Below are positions 1 through 11,358 of a stretch of 64,000 bases of DNA, piece after piece (the stretch's first letter is position 1; each line of letters begins with the position of its first letter). The stretch is from Cenococcum geophilum (Eukaryota), in assembly GCA_050273025.1 (NCBI GenBank), contig CP158636.1, forward strand, positions 9,982,001 through 10,046,000, in the 5' to 3' direction. The notes under the pieces were generated by a model. That model saw only the letters and a list, made by a program, of their open reading frames with translations. It did no database searches and had not been told where the DNA came from. Made by a program: the position numbers and the translations under genes.

Positions 1-3000
1 ATAATAGGGCTTGGCATCTAAGAATCCGACTAATTAGATAACTTTAACCGCCGGTTAAAGTTCCTAGATATCTTAACGATATTCCGGTTACGTGATCGCA
101 CTTTACTGCAATCTAACGGCAATCTAACGGCAATTTGCCCTTACGTGGTAATGTATAACGGTTTAACTCTATAAGGGCTCCTATAGGGGATTAGGTATAA
201 AGTCTCTGCTTAGGCCTAGTTTCTATAGGTTTACGTAGTAAAAGTCGCTAATTAAATCCTTTGCATTTTTAAAGTCTTCCTATAATTGCCATTCTGGCTA
301 ATCTATGTCAAATCCTATATATATAGCTCTGTAGTAGAGCCATCGTCCTCTACCTTTGCTAAAGTATTTAGAGTCAATAATTTATTTAACGGTCCACTCC
401 TTATAGTTCTTATCTTCGTTCTTATCTCGGATTAATACTAGTAGGGGTTTAGGCTATATCTGCCCTAGTAAGGGGTTAGGCTAATAGAGGTATAGTAGCT
501 ATAGGTAAAATACGGGCTATATCCCACTGGTGGCTAGGATAGGTAGGAGTTCTAGCTTATATATAGCTTCCCTATTAATAACTTATTTAATTAGATAGGG
601 GCCAAGGTTCTTATAATCAAGTAACTTTATAGGCCTCTGCGTAGAGATATTATGTATATTTAGCTATACCTAGTCGCCAATACGCATCTCCAGTGGTGGC
701 GTTCTATAACAGTCGGCGAAGTAGGCCTACTTTACTTAAGCCCAGGCCATTTCTCCCTTGCAGTAGTCGAGTAGATTTTTTATATGGTCTACATACTAGT
801 TAGCAAGTAGTATCTTAAGGCGTTTTCTATATAGCAGTTTCTTATTAATAGGTTCTAGTAGCTCTATGCCGGATTAGGGGTAATAACCCTTATTCGCAAA
901 GAACGGGGTAAGTCCTATAGTAGTTAAGACGTAGTTATTTGCTGCGAATTCACCTAGTAGGAGGTAATCTACCCAGTTATCTTAACTATAGGTAACTACC
1001 TACCATAGGTACGCTTTTATACTGGCATTAGCGTTTTCTAGTTACCTAGTAGTTTTATAGTAAAAGGATATAGACATCTTAACGGAGATACTAAGGCGTT
1101 AGCAGATTTGTCTCTATATATCGGAGTTAAATTATATGCCTCGGTCGGACGTAATCAAGTTAGGTAACCTATATAGTCGGTAAACTTCGCGGAGAAAGGC
1201 GTCAGTAACATTACTAACGGCTACGCCTTCGGTTAGGACGTAGTGGCGCTCTTTTATAAGTCGGTATATTATTATAAGGATGTTCTTATAGGTACGGCCG
1301 TATCGTTTATAGGGTAGTAGGTTAATAACGAAATCTATAGTGATATCTGCCTATCGTCGTATAGGTACTAGTAAAGGGTGCAGTAGTCCTTAGTACTTTA
1401 TATTAAAGGCCTTAGCGCGCTTACAACCGTAGTAGGCGCCTATAAAGCATTTAACTAAGTCTATCATTTTTGGCCAGAAGTAGTATCGGCTAAGAAGCTT
1501 ATAGGTTCCTTCTTTACTTAGGTAGCCGCTTAATCGGAGGTCGTAGGCCATTTAGATTAGTTGCCGTTATAAATTTTCTAAGTTAGGGATAAATAGGCGG
1601 CCTCTATAATAGAGCCTGTTCTCTTTTACTTTTAAAGCTACTATATTAATCTAGCCTAAGCTTTAGAGGTTAGTAGGTAACGTATAGGCGCTAGCGGTCT
1701 TTACGGTAATAAGTTAATACAGTAATAGGTTAATAAAGGCGTCATATGCCGTAATAATAAGCTCGTTAATTTTAGGAGGGAACTCTAGTTTTATAGTATA
1801 AATCTAGGGTATAGTTAGCTCTATTATAGGTAGTATACCTAGGGCTAAATTTTATGCTTTTAGGATCGTCTGTTATTGGAACTAATTATAAAGGTTATCT
1901 TTAGACTAAGGAAGGTCTTACGAGTGGTGTATTAGGCTATTAGGTTTAGTACCTTATACTCCTAGTCTATATACAATTTTAAAGTTAAAACTAGAGAGGA
2001 ACTCGTTCTAATATACTTAGCATTAGTTTAGCTACTTTATAGTTATAAAGTACTTAAGGTTGCAATAGTCCGTAAAAACTTTAGTTAGCTAGTCGGGCTC
2101 TACTAAGAAGAGTTCTAGTTAGAATTCTTTAAATGCTTATATAATTATAAGGAGTTCTTTATTATAGATCTTATAGTTATACTCTTATAGTATAAGCTTA
2201 GACAAGTAAAATGCGACTAGGTAAAGGAGACCGTCATTACCTATTTAGGAAAGAACGCCTACGTTAACGTAGTCTAAGAAGTCGGTTTTAAGGTAGAGTT
2301 ATTATCCTAGTGTAAAGTAAGCTAGGACAGATGCTTTAGTAAAGGCATTTTTAAGGTCTTAGAACGCCTTCTCGCATTCAGGCGTCCAGGTAAAGCGTAG
2401 GTGCGTTTTTCTTCCTTTTACAGAAAGGCCCTTCGTTCGCATTATTACTATAAGTAGTGCTACTACGCCTAAGAAGTTGTATATGAATTTCTAATAGAAG
2501 TTGGCAAAACTAAGGAAGGCTTATATATCCTTAATGCAGTTAGGGGCTTACTATTCGGTAATTATATATACCTTCTTAGGGTCTATACGAACACCCTTAG
2601 TAGTAACAATTAGTTTAAGGTATTTTACTTCTATAACTAAGAATTTGCATTTCTTTAAATTAATATAAAGTCCTATGTCCCTAAGGCGCTATAGGACCTT
2701 TTAAACGTGTTTAGTATACTTAGAGGGGTTATCGCTATAAATAAGTATATCGTCTAGGTACGCAGAGCAGAAGTCGTTAAGGTAGTCCTATAAGGCGTTA
2801 TTAATATAGCTTTAAAAGGTGCCTGGGCCGTTATATACGCCAAAGGGCATAACGATATATTTAAATTAGCCAAAGCGCGATGTAAATACGGTTTTCCATT
2901 CGTCACCTTCCTATATTCGGAAATAGTTAAAGGCGGCGATAATATTAAGCTTAGTATAGATTTTGGCTTAACTAAGCCGCTTAAGGGTCTCATATATAAG

Positions 3001-5691
3001 CGGTACTAGGTATTAGTTTTTAATTATAATAGCGTTAAGTCCTTTATAGTTAATATAGAATTAAATACCTCCTTCTAGCTTCTTAGCAAGAAGGATAGGG
3101 GCGGCTACTAGTAACATACTAGGACGAATAAATCCTTTATTAAGGTGCTTGTTAATATACTTTTTTATAACTAAAAGCTTATCTTTTAATATTAGGTAGA
3201 GTCTCTTATAAGGTAGCATTTTTCCTTATTTAATATTAATAGCATAGTTATTAGGTTAATATAGGGGGAGTATATCTACGCTTTTTTATAAGCACATATC
3301 GGTAAAGTCGTAGTACCTCTTAGGGAGGAGCTTGCGGAGTTCTTCGTTAGTAAGTCCTTTTTTAAGCTTTATAAACTTCTCAAAGTCTAAAGGTAAAATT
3401 CCGTAGAGTTCCGTAGGGGCGTCATCTTCTAGAAGGTCAACTATGTCTATCCTATTACTATAGAGGACGTAGTCCTGTTCTTTATTAAGCTTATATAATC
3501 GTAATTAAAAAGCTACAGCAACGGTCTAGCCTTTCTTATATACTATACGGTAGAAGGCTAGGGCACTTACATAGTAGCAGTTAGTTATAGGTGGGGTAAT
3601 AAGGGGTTCCTTAGGTTAATATTCTAGGGAATAAATAAAGGCGGCTAGGCCATGCCCTAGGCAAGTCTCTCTGCAGTATTTAGAGTTAAAGGTTACTTCT
3701 CTCTTCTTCCAGTCAATAGCGGGGTTGTATTATTCAAGCCAGTTTATTCTAAGAATAATAGGGTAGTTAGTAAGTAGTATAATATAGGCCCAGAGTTCTT
3801 CCTAGTGCCCATTTATATCTAGGTAGAGTTATGCTATATAGGTAATCTTCTATGCAGTATAATTACCGTTAGCGAGTTATAGGGCGCGGGCTTTGGTAAG
3901 GGGTAAGGTAGGTAAGTTAGGTATTAGGCGGCGGCTACTAAACCTAGCCATTAGGCAGTTTAGGTTATCGCGATAACAGCCTTCTTAACGGCATCTATAG
4001 CAGCGTCCTAGTTTCCGGAGTAGCTCGCGCTCTCTATCTAGGAGTTTCTATAGGAAGGTTAGTATAGAGAAATCAATATTGGTTCCGGTAGTACTTAAAG
4101 TAGTAGGCGTCGGTGGCTTAGTATATATAGGTTTAGTAGGCCCGGGGGGCTTTTATAGAGAGGTCTTTAGGCAAGGGTTAGTAGTAGCAATCTAATTTAG
4201 TCGTTGTTTAATCTTCCGTAGAGCTGCTACCATATTATAAATATTATTGTAGTTATAGCTAGCGGCTGCGTAACTAAGGCGATAAATAACTTTTTTAAGG
4301 AGGTCCTCCTAGTCTTTAGTATCGTCTCAGGCGAGGGCTTCGGTGTATTCCTAGAATTTAACATAGAATTTATTAAATAATTCAGTAGGGCTTATCTTTA
4401 GGGCACATAGTTTAGCTTAGTTAGTAGCCAGTAGGTTATAGTCGCGGTATATTAGGTTAAGATCGTTAAGAACTTCTTAGTGGGACTGCCACTTCTAGGG
4501 GCTACTAGTCTCCCATCAGGCGAAGAGTCTGTTAAATAGTATACCCTTTATTTATCCAATAATATAGCCGATCTTAGTGTCTTCTATAGGAAAAAGGCAG
4601 GCGCTCTAAGTTAGTTTCTTACGGATTTATATCTTCTAGTAGCTATATTCCTTGCAGTATTCCTAAAAAACTAGGGGATTAGGGTAGCGTACATTAGACC
4701 CTATAGTAGCAGTTTAGGTCCAATTATTATAGCTTTTATCATTGCTACTTTAGTAGGGGTTCCTATTAGGTAAAGCTGCTTAGCGCTAGCCCTCTATTAA
4801 GTGTTAAGTAGGTAAAGTTACCGGGGGCGTAGAGAGGTATCTAGCGTTATTATAAATATGCTCGTTAAGCTAAGATTTAATTATGCCTTCTCTTTTAGTA
4901 ACCGTAGCAATTAGTGCAATCTTAGCCTTCTTTAACTGTTAAATGTCGCGTTTAGACACGCGGAGGTCGTCTTCGGTTTCTTAACGTATATTATTAGCAA
5001 GCGCCTTATAAGCTTATAGGTCTTAGATAATATCGCGATCTTAGGCAGTACGCATCTCGGCTTATATAAGCTTTAGGTAATAGTTTTATAGAAGGCGGTA
5101 GTATTTATTAGGGTCTCGTGCTACTATTTTTGCAAATGTCTCGGCGTCTTATATTTCGATTTTAATAAGTAGTAGCCCTTCCGTTTGCTTGTCCGTAGTT
5201 ATATAGTTAATAAAAGATAAAATATTATCGGTGTCCGTCTCCTTAGGGGTTAAGGCTAGAGCTAATAAATCGAATTCTTCTAGGATTAATTGGCGTTGTA
5301 GGTTAGGTATAGGTATTAAATTATTCTTTAGGTTTAACATAGTAGCTAGTAAGGGATATCGTCTTACTATTATGGGTTCCTTAGAAGTATAAAGTGAGGT
5401 AATTTATAGACACGCTGCTTCTGGCAGCGCCTATAATATTACAAAGACGTAGAATTGGTCGTAGGCTGAGCGTCGGTGGTAAAAAAGGCGCAACGTAATG
5501 TTATGGGACGGGGGCAGTGGCTATAAAGCGTATATATTCAAGGAGTCTACAAGACGTTACGCGATCGATCGTAAGGGTCGAGGGCGTAAAGAGGTGATAT
5601 ACCTACGCGTAGCTGACATAAGCTGTACGCGAGGTGTACGTAAGAGCACGGGGCTCTCCTATAGAGGCCCCTACGGTGGGGTTCCGTGATA
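1..5691 (-). mobile_element. Ty3/Gypsy LTR retrotransposon, family A copy 1 (RIP-inactivated; 3' LTR lies left of the window)
   Basis: 1-3920 is the reverse complement of ~24280-28330 (copy 2). The minus strand shows degenerate gag, RT (YLDDILIY at ~2740-2765), RNase H, integrase and chromodomain remnants. The 193-bp LTR at 5499-5691 matches 28458-28650. Confidence 0.92.
5499..5691 (-). repeat. 5' LTR of family A copy 1
   Basis: tgttatgggacg...gttccgtgata; reverse complement of the 193-bp LTR at 28458-28650. Confidence 0.9.
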
Positions 5692-7798
5692 TAAACTCCT
5701 AGTAAAACGAGCTAGCACTAATAGAGGAGTCCTTAGATAAGCTAATAGGGCTAATTAACTACCTCCTAACTGTAAACCGCATGGCTAATACCCTAAGGGC
5801 CCTCCGCGAATAAGCTGTAAAAGGAGACCCCGATTTTAAGACGGAGGAAGGATTACTCCTATACTAGGAGCGGCTTATAGTCCCTAACGTCGACAATTTA
5901 CGGACTAAATTAATCCGCGAAGCTTATTACTAAGTCTTTACGGTATACCCTAGCAAGAATAAAACCCGTAAAATTATTAACTATTGCTACTATTAGCTGA
6001 GAATAGTTGCGGATATTAATTAATATATACGGAACTGCGAAGACTGCTAGAGAGCTATAATCCCACGGGATAAGACCCTAGGACTACTTAAGCCACTCCT
6101 AATACTAGAGCGCCCTTAGTAGTATATCTTTATAGACTTTTATAAACTACCTAAGGACCGTAACGGATACGATATGGTTATAGTTATAGTTAACTACTTT
6201 AATAAACGCCCGTTCTTAATTCCCTGTCACAAAAACATTAATACTAAAGAGGTAGCCTAGCTATATATCTATTACGTCTACCAAATCTACAGACTACTAG
6301 ATACTATTATATCTAATTATAGGCCATAGTTTATATCGGCCTTTTAGAATAAGTTTACCTAGATCTTAGGCATTAAGCTAAAGCTTTCTACGGCTTATTA
6401 CCCCTAGATAAAGATTGTAAATTAGTACCTAGACTAGAGGCTTAGGCCCTTTATTAACTATTTTTAGGATAACTGGTCTAAACTACTACCCTTAATAGAC
6501 TACGCGCAAGTAACCCTACCCTATAACTCTATAGGGTTTGCCCCAATTTAGCTAGAAATAGGATACTTACCCCGTATAAGCTTTAACTAGAAAAGGCTAG
6601 AAGAACCCCAGACTATACAAAAGAAGCTATTCTATACTAAGGCCTAACAGTACGCTAAACAATTAGAGGAAGCCTAGATAGTAGCCCGCAAGAACCTAGA
6701 AAAAGCTTAAAGGTTAATAGAACAGCAGGCGAATAAACACCGTCGAGAGCCCGATTTTGCCCCTGGCGATATAGTATAGGTCACAACAAGGAATTAAAAA
6801 ACTAAACGACCTAGCTGTAAGCTAGACTACTAGATGGCAGGACTATATAAGGTTCTTAAGAAGATAGGTAACTCGTATAAGATAAAGCTCCTAAATTCAA
6901 TTAGGGTTTACCTTATCTTCTTACTAGATAAGTTATGGAAAGCTATAAATGACCTATTACCTAGATAAAAGAACGAGCCTTTTCTACTAGTTTAAGTAAA
7001 CGGTGATAATAAATAGAAGGTTAATAAAATACTAGCCTATAAGATAGTACGGGGAACGCTAAAATACTGTATCTAATAGAAGGGCTACAATTCTAACCTA
7101 ACCTAGTACCCTACGTGGAACTTTATAGGCTGCCCCCAGAAGCTTAAAAAATTTTATAACTAATACCCTAATACGCCTGAACCCCTAAAATACCTAGACG
7201 AATAAATATAATGCTAGTATAATAAAGATAATAAGTTACCGGAAGAATATAGGGATAAAAACGCCCTAAAGCCCTAATACAGCTGTCTACCAAATTCTGC
7301 TATATTCTGCCGTTTTCTGCCAGTACCGTAAAATTTCAGATGTTGAGGAACTTCGACCACCGGTTAAAGTTGTCTGATTAGTCAGATCCGTACTAAGACT
7401 TTTAGCGGCTACTCTTTCTAGCCTAGTGCTTCCACTTAGCCTATAATCGCCTTTGTACTTAGTCTGGACGTACTTATATCCCCTTTATCTCCTTATCTTA
7501 TATTTTATAATTCTATGTTTATAAGCCTAGTGCTACCCTATTTCTAACTAAGCCTAAGGGCAGGTTTTTCTTTTAAAGAGGGGGGTGATGTAACGGCGCC
7601 ATCGCACGTTACCTGCCAAATTCTGCCATATTCTGCCAACCTATAATTGGCCCACCTAAAGCTAGCGCCTTGGCGGCTTACCCTATATATTTGTTTACAT
7701 CGGTCCTAGCGACCCCTTTTCCTTCTCTTTAGCTTAGTATCTTTATAATACAGCATTCTACAAGCTTTGGTTTAGAGGCATTTATATAAGCCGTAATA
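5692..7798 (+). mobile_element. Ty3/Gypsy (chromovirus-type) family B copy 1, 3' part: integrase, chromodomain, PPT and 3' LTR (7589-7798)
   Basis: Integrase and chromodomain remnants closely resemble 55600-56935. PPT aaagaggggggtga precedes TGTAACGG...CCGTAATA. The LTR matches the reverse complement of 51013-51225. Confidence 0.88.
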
Positions 7799-8979
7799 CC
7801 TACTATATAACGGCCTAGGCCAAGCTATAGAATAAGGAAGTCTTTAAACGCCACATAAGGCTTATAAAGGTAGAGAGCACAATTAATATACTGCTTAGAA
7901 CCGAGTATATAGGGCTTAATAAATACCTCTACTACTGAAAAGTACTAGGGCACCTAACTCTGGCCTGCCTATACGGCCATAGCCAACAATTAATAATGTA
8001 TGTAGTGGTATTCTACCCTAGGCACGCTGCTGGCCAGGCAGAAATATATTACTATACTAGAATATCCTTATATAAAGAGCTCCTAACTAAGCTAAAGGCT
8101 ACTAAGGTAGTTGTGGACTAGTTTATATAGATAAACCTTTTACTATACCTTTTATTTACTAGAGAGCTGGCTAGGGTAAAGAGAGAAGGCTAGGAAGTGC
8201 GTTAAGAGGCGGAGGATAAATACTGCAGGGATGGTAAAATATAGTAGAATTTTACAGATAGCAACCTAGTAGAAGTTAGTAGAACTCTAGCAACCTAGTA
8301 GAATTTAGTAGAACTTATTAACCTAGTAGAATTTAGCAGAATTTAATAACCTAATAAAAGTTAGTAGAATTTTGGCAACCTAATAGAATTTGGCAGAGTT
8401 TTAGCAACCTAACAGAATTTGGTAGAATTTTAGTAACCTAGCAGAATCTAATAACCTAACAGAAGTTGGCAGAACTTTGGCAACCTAGCAGAATTTAATA
8501 GAATTTGGTAACCGGGCAGAATTTAATAGAGGTTAATATCCTAACAGAACTTAATAAAACTTAGCAAGGTATAGAACTGCGTACGTTAACGTAGATATAA
8601 ATAAAGGAACCTTCTATACTACTATTAGCCTTATAGGCTACCGGCTTACGCCCTACCTAGATAACCGGAGCAGCTAGGAACGGAACCTAGGCCCTAGCTA
8701 TATACCCTACCAGACAAACCCAGGAGTACGCATTAAGATAGCTTTTCTATAGCGCCTTAAAGAGACGTCTACTTATGCTTAGCAGTTACTAATTAGAAGA
8801 GAGGCTATATAGGCCGTATAATAAGCTATACAGGCCGTATAACAAGAGAAGGAGAGGTTTTATCCGGCCCTAGTGATACGGTTCCCCTCTTATATATGTA
8901 TATATATATACCTATATAGACCCGCTGCATAGACCCTAACGGGAGCCGTAATAGCGTAATTAAATATTATAATATAATA
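7799..8979 (+). mobile_element. 3' end of a Tad1-like LINE (ORF2 C-terminal CCHC region, 3' UTR, AT-rich tail), RIP-mutated
   Basis: 7890-8030 reads, after reverting RIP, LLRTExIGLNKYL...KVxG...LACxCGHSQQxxxHVVVFCPRH, the usual C-terminal zinc-knuckle segment of fungal LINE ORF2. It ends in an aatataatat tail that abuts a truncated LTR. Confidence 0.75.
8240..8570. repeat. Degenerate minisatellite (GCAGAATTTG / GCAACCT units) in the LINE 3' UTR
   Basis: Repeated gcagaatttggcaaccta-like units visible directly. Confidence 0.85.
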
Positions 8980-9517
8980 TATAGGAGTACGGTTGTGTAT
9001 TTAAGGACCCTTAGTCCCTACCTAGATAGTTCCTTCCTTATAGTGATTCTTAGAATATAATTAGAGTTAATCTATTAGGCAACCACTTCACTAGTTATTA
9101 TTACGTTGTTAACTTTAATTTGCTTTACCTATATACCTAGCCTATTAACGAGCCTATTATAGTTTTTGCTATAAGGTTCCGTTATATAATTACTACCTAG
9201 TTACGGTAATAAATATAGAAAGTTAAATAATATGCCACTAAAAGCAGCCACTATAACGCTATTAACGGCGGCAATTACTTTAAGGTTAGGTAATACCAGT
9301 ATAGCAGATACTAACTTATAGTAACCTATAACGGTTAGATAACTATAGAAAATAGTTAACTAGTTAACGGAAAATAACGTAGTACTTAAAACTAGGATTA
9401 ACGGAATAAGCGCAGTAAAGGTTAAGTTACTATTAATTAAAAGATTCTTAGGAGAGAGATTAAAGCTTAAAGGATTCCTAACGTAAATGTACTTTAAGGT
9501 AGCGCAGGAAGGAGCTA

Positions 9518-11358
9518 CATTAGCAAAATGTGTGTGCCTCCTAACAGTACTGACAGCTCCTAACAGCTCCTGTTAGGGCTGTCAGGAGCTCCAAGAGACA
9601 CTCACACTCGGCATCCTGTTAGGAACCTATTAGGAGGTCGCCCGGACCACCAGGACCACCAGGACCTCCAGGACCTCCAGGACTATTAGGACCATCAGGA
9701 CCATCAGGACCATCAGGACCATCAGGACCACCAGGACTATTAGGACCATCAGGACAACAATAAAAATTCTAGATTTAAAAATAAGGTATATTAACACTCT
9801 AGTATTTACAGCTAGTTAAAAAATATAAAATTAATTTAATTATATATAATCTAGATAATCCAAATTAATCTCTCCTGTTTACCGCCTGTGTCTGTTATGG
9901 AGCTCTACAATTGCTCGGGCGTTAGGCGATCGACTGAGGAGCCTCTCGCAGAGGCTCCAAATCGTCGATCGGCGGTGTTCCCAATGATCCGCCGGCCGTG
10001 TGCTGATTTCCTAACTAGGCCTAGTGCCTGCCTGCCTGCCTGTCTGCCTGTCCTACCTGTCTGTGCCTGCCTGTGCCTGTCGTGCCTACCTGTCTATGCC
10101 TACCTGTCTATATCTGTAATTTGGGGGAGAGGTCGGCCCGATCGAAGGCTCTGCTTGATTTGATTGCGATTGATTATATTAATTTGAATCGTTCTCCATG
10201 GGCGTTCGTTGGCTGTACGTTTGAACGGTGGTTGTCTGGGGTGCCTCCCTAGGAGGCCTTGATTCGATTTGATTCGGTAATAGGCTGATATTGAGGCTCT
10301 AGTTCGATTCGATCGATCGATCGAATTGATCGTGGTGTTCGCTGGCTGGTCGTTCGAACGATTATCGTCTGGTTCTGACGACGGTCCTCTCCTACTTGCC
10401 TGCCTACCTGCCTGCCTACCTACCTACTTACCTACCTACCTACCTACCTACCTGCCTGCCTGTGTTAGTATCTAATTTAATTCGGGGGAGAGGTCGGCCC
10501 GATCGAAGGCTCTAATTGATCTAGGTCGTTCTCTATGGCCGTTCGCTAGCTGTATATTCGAACGGTAGTCGTCTAGGGTGCCTCCCTAGGAGGCCTTGAT
10601 ACGATTTGGTAATGGGCCAATATTAAATTCGATTAATCGATCAATTGAATCGTTCGTGGTCTTCGCTAGCTGGTTGTTTAAAAGGTTGTTGTCTAGTTCT
10701 TGTAACGGTCGTCTAGTTCTGGCGACGGTCGTCTGGTTCTGGCGACGGTCCTCTGCTGGCTGCCGTTCTAGTGCCTCCTAAGGGAGGATGTAAGGAAGGG
10801 TAAAGAATGGGGTGACTGTAAAGGGGGTAACTTGGCAGAGGCACGTGTAGGCTATCGGGAATATAGCGGGGACCCGATAGCACTGTGTGTCGCGCGCACG
10901 CGCATATAGGGTCGTGTCGCATTAGGGGGGAGGTATCCCATTGGGGGGGGTATCATAGTGGGGAGGGTGTCGCATTGGGGGGGTGTCTTGAGGGGTGTGC
11001 ATAGGAGGTGTCGCTTTGAGGGGGGGGGGTGTTAGGAGGGGTGTCGCTTAGGGGTATCCTGTTAGGAACCTGACAGGACGATTAGGAAAATTAAGATCCT
11101 GCTAGGAGCCTGTCAGGAACGATCAGGAAATACTAGTTTCCTGTTAGGACCCTAACAGGACCGTAAGAGGACGATCAGGAAATCAAAGATCCTGCCAGGA
11201 GCCTGTCAGGACGACCAGGACGATTAGGAAAATCAAAATCCTGCCAGGAGCCTGCCAGGAGCCTGCCAGGAGCCTACCAGGACGATTAGGACCTCCAGGA
11301 AAGTCAAAATCCTGTTAGGAGGCCTCCAGGATCTTGGCACCCCAACAAAATGCTAATG
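9518..11358. mobile_element. Non-coding TIR DNA element (CATTAGCA...TGCTAATG), 2-bp TSD TA, subterminal CCTGTCAGGA/CAGGAC repeats
   Basis: 8-bp terminal inverted repeat; TA at 9516-17 and 11359-60. Removing the element and one TA restores the host gag frame (CAG GAA GGA GCT AAG CTG GCA). Core shared with 32667-34686. Confidence 0.85.

Noticed and set aside
5498..5689. 63-aa ORF repeated at 28460-28651
   Set aside because: Coincides with the family A LTR, as 19300-19551 does with the G LTR.
9888..10922. Short ORFs in the first TIR element, and similar ones at 33864-34785
   Set aside because: Microsatellite and low-complexity translations with no transposase motifs.
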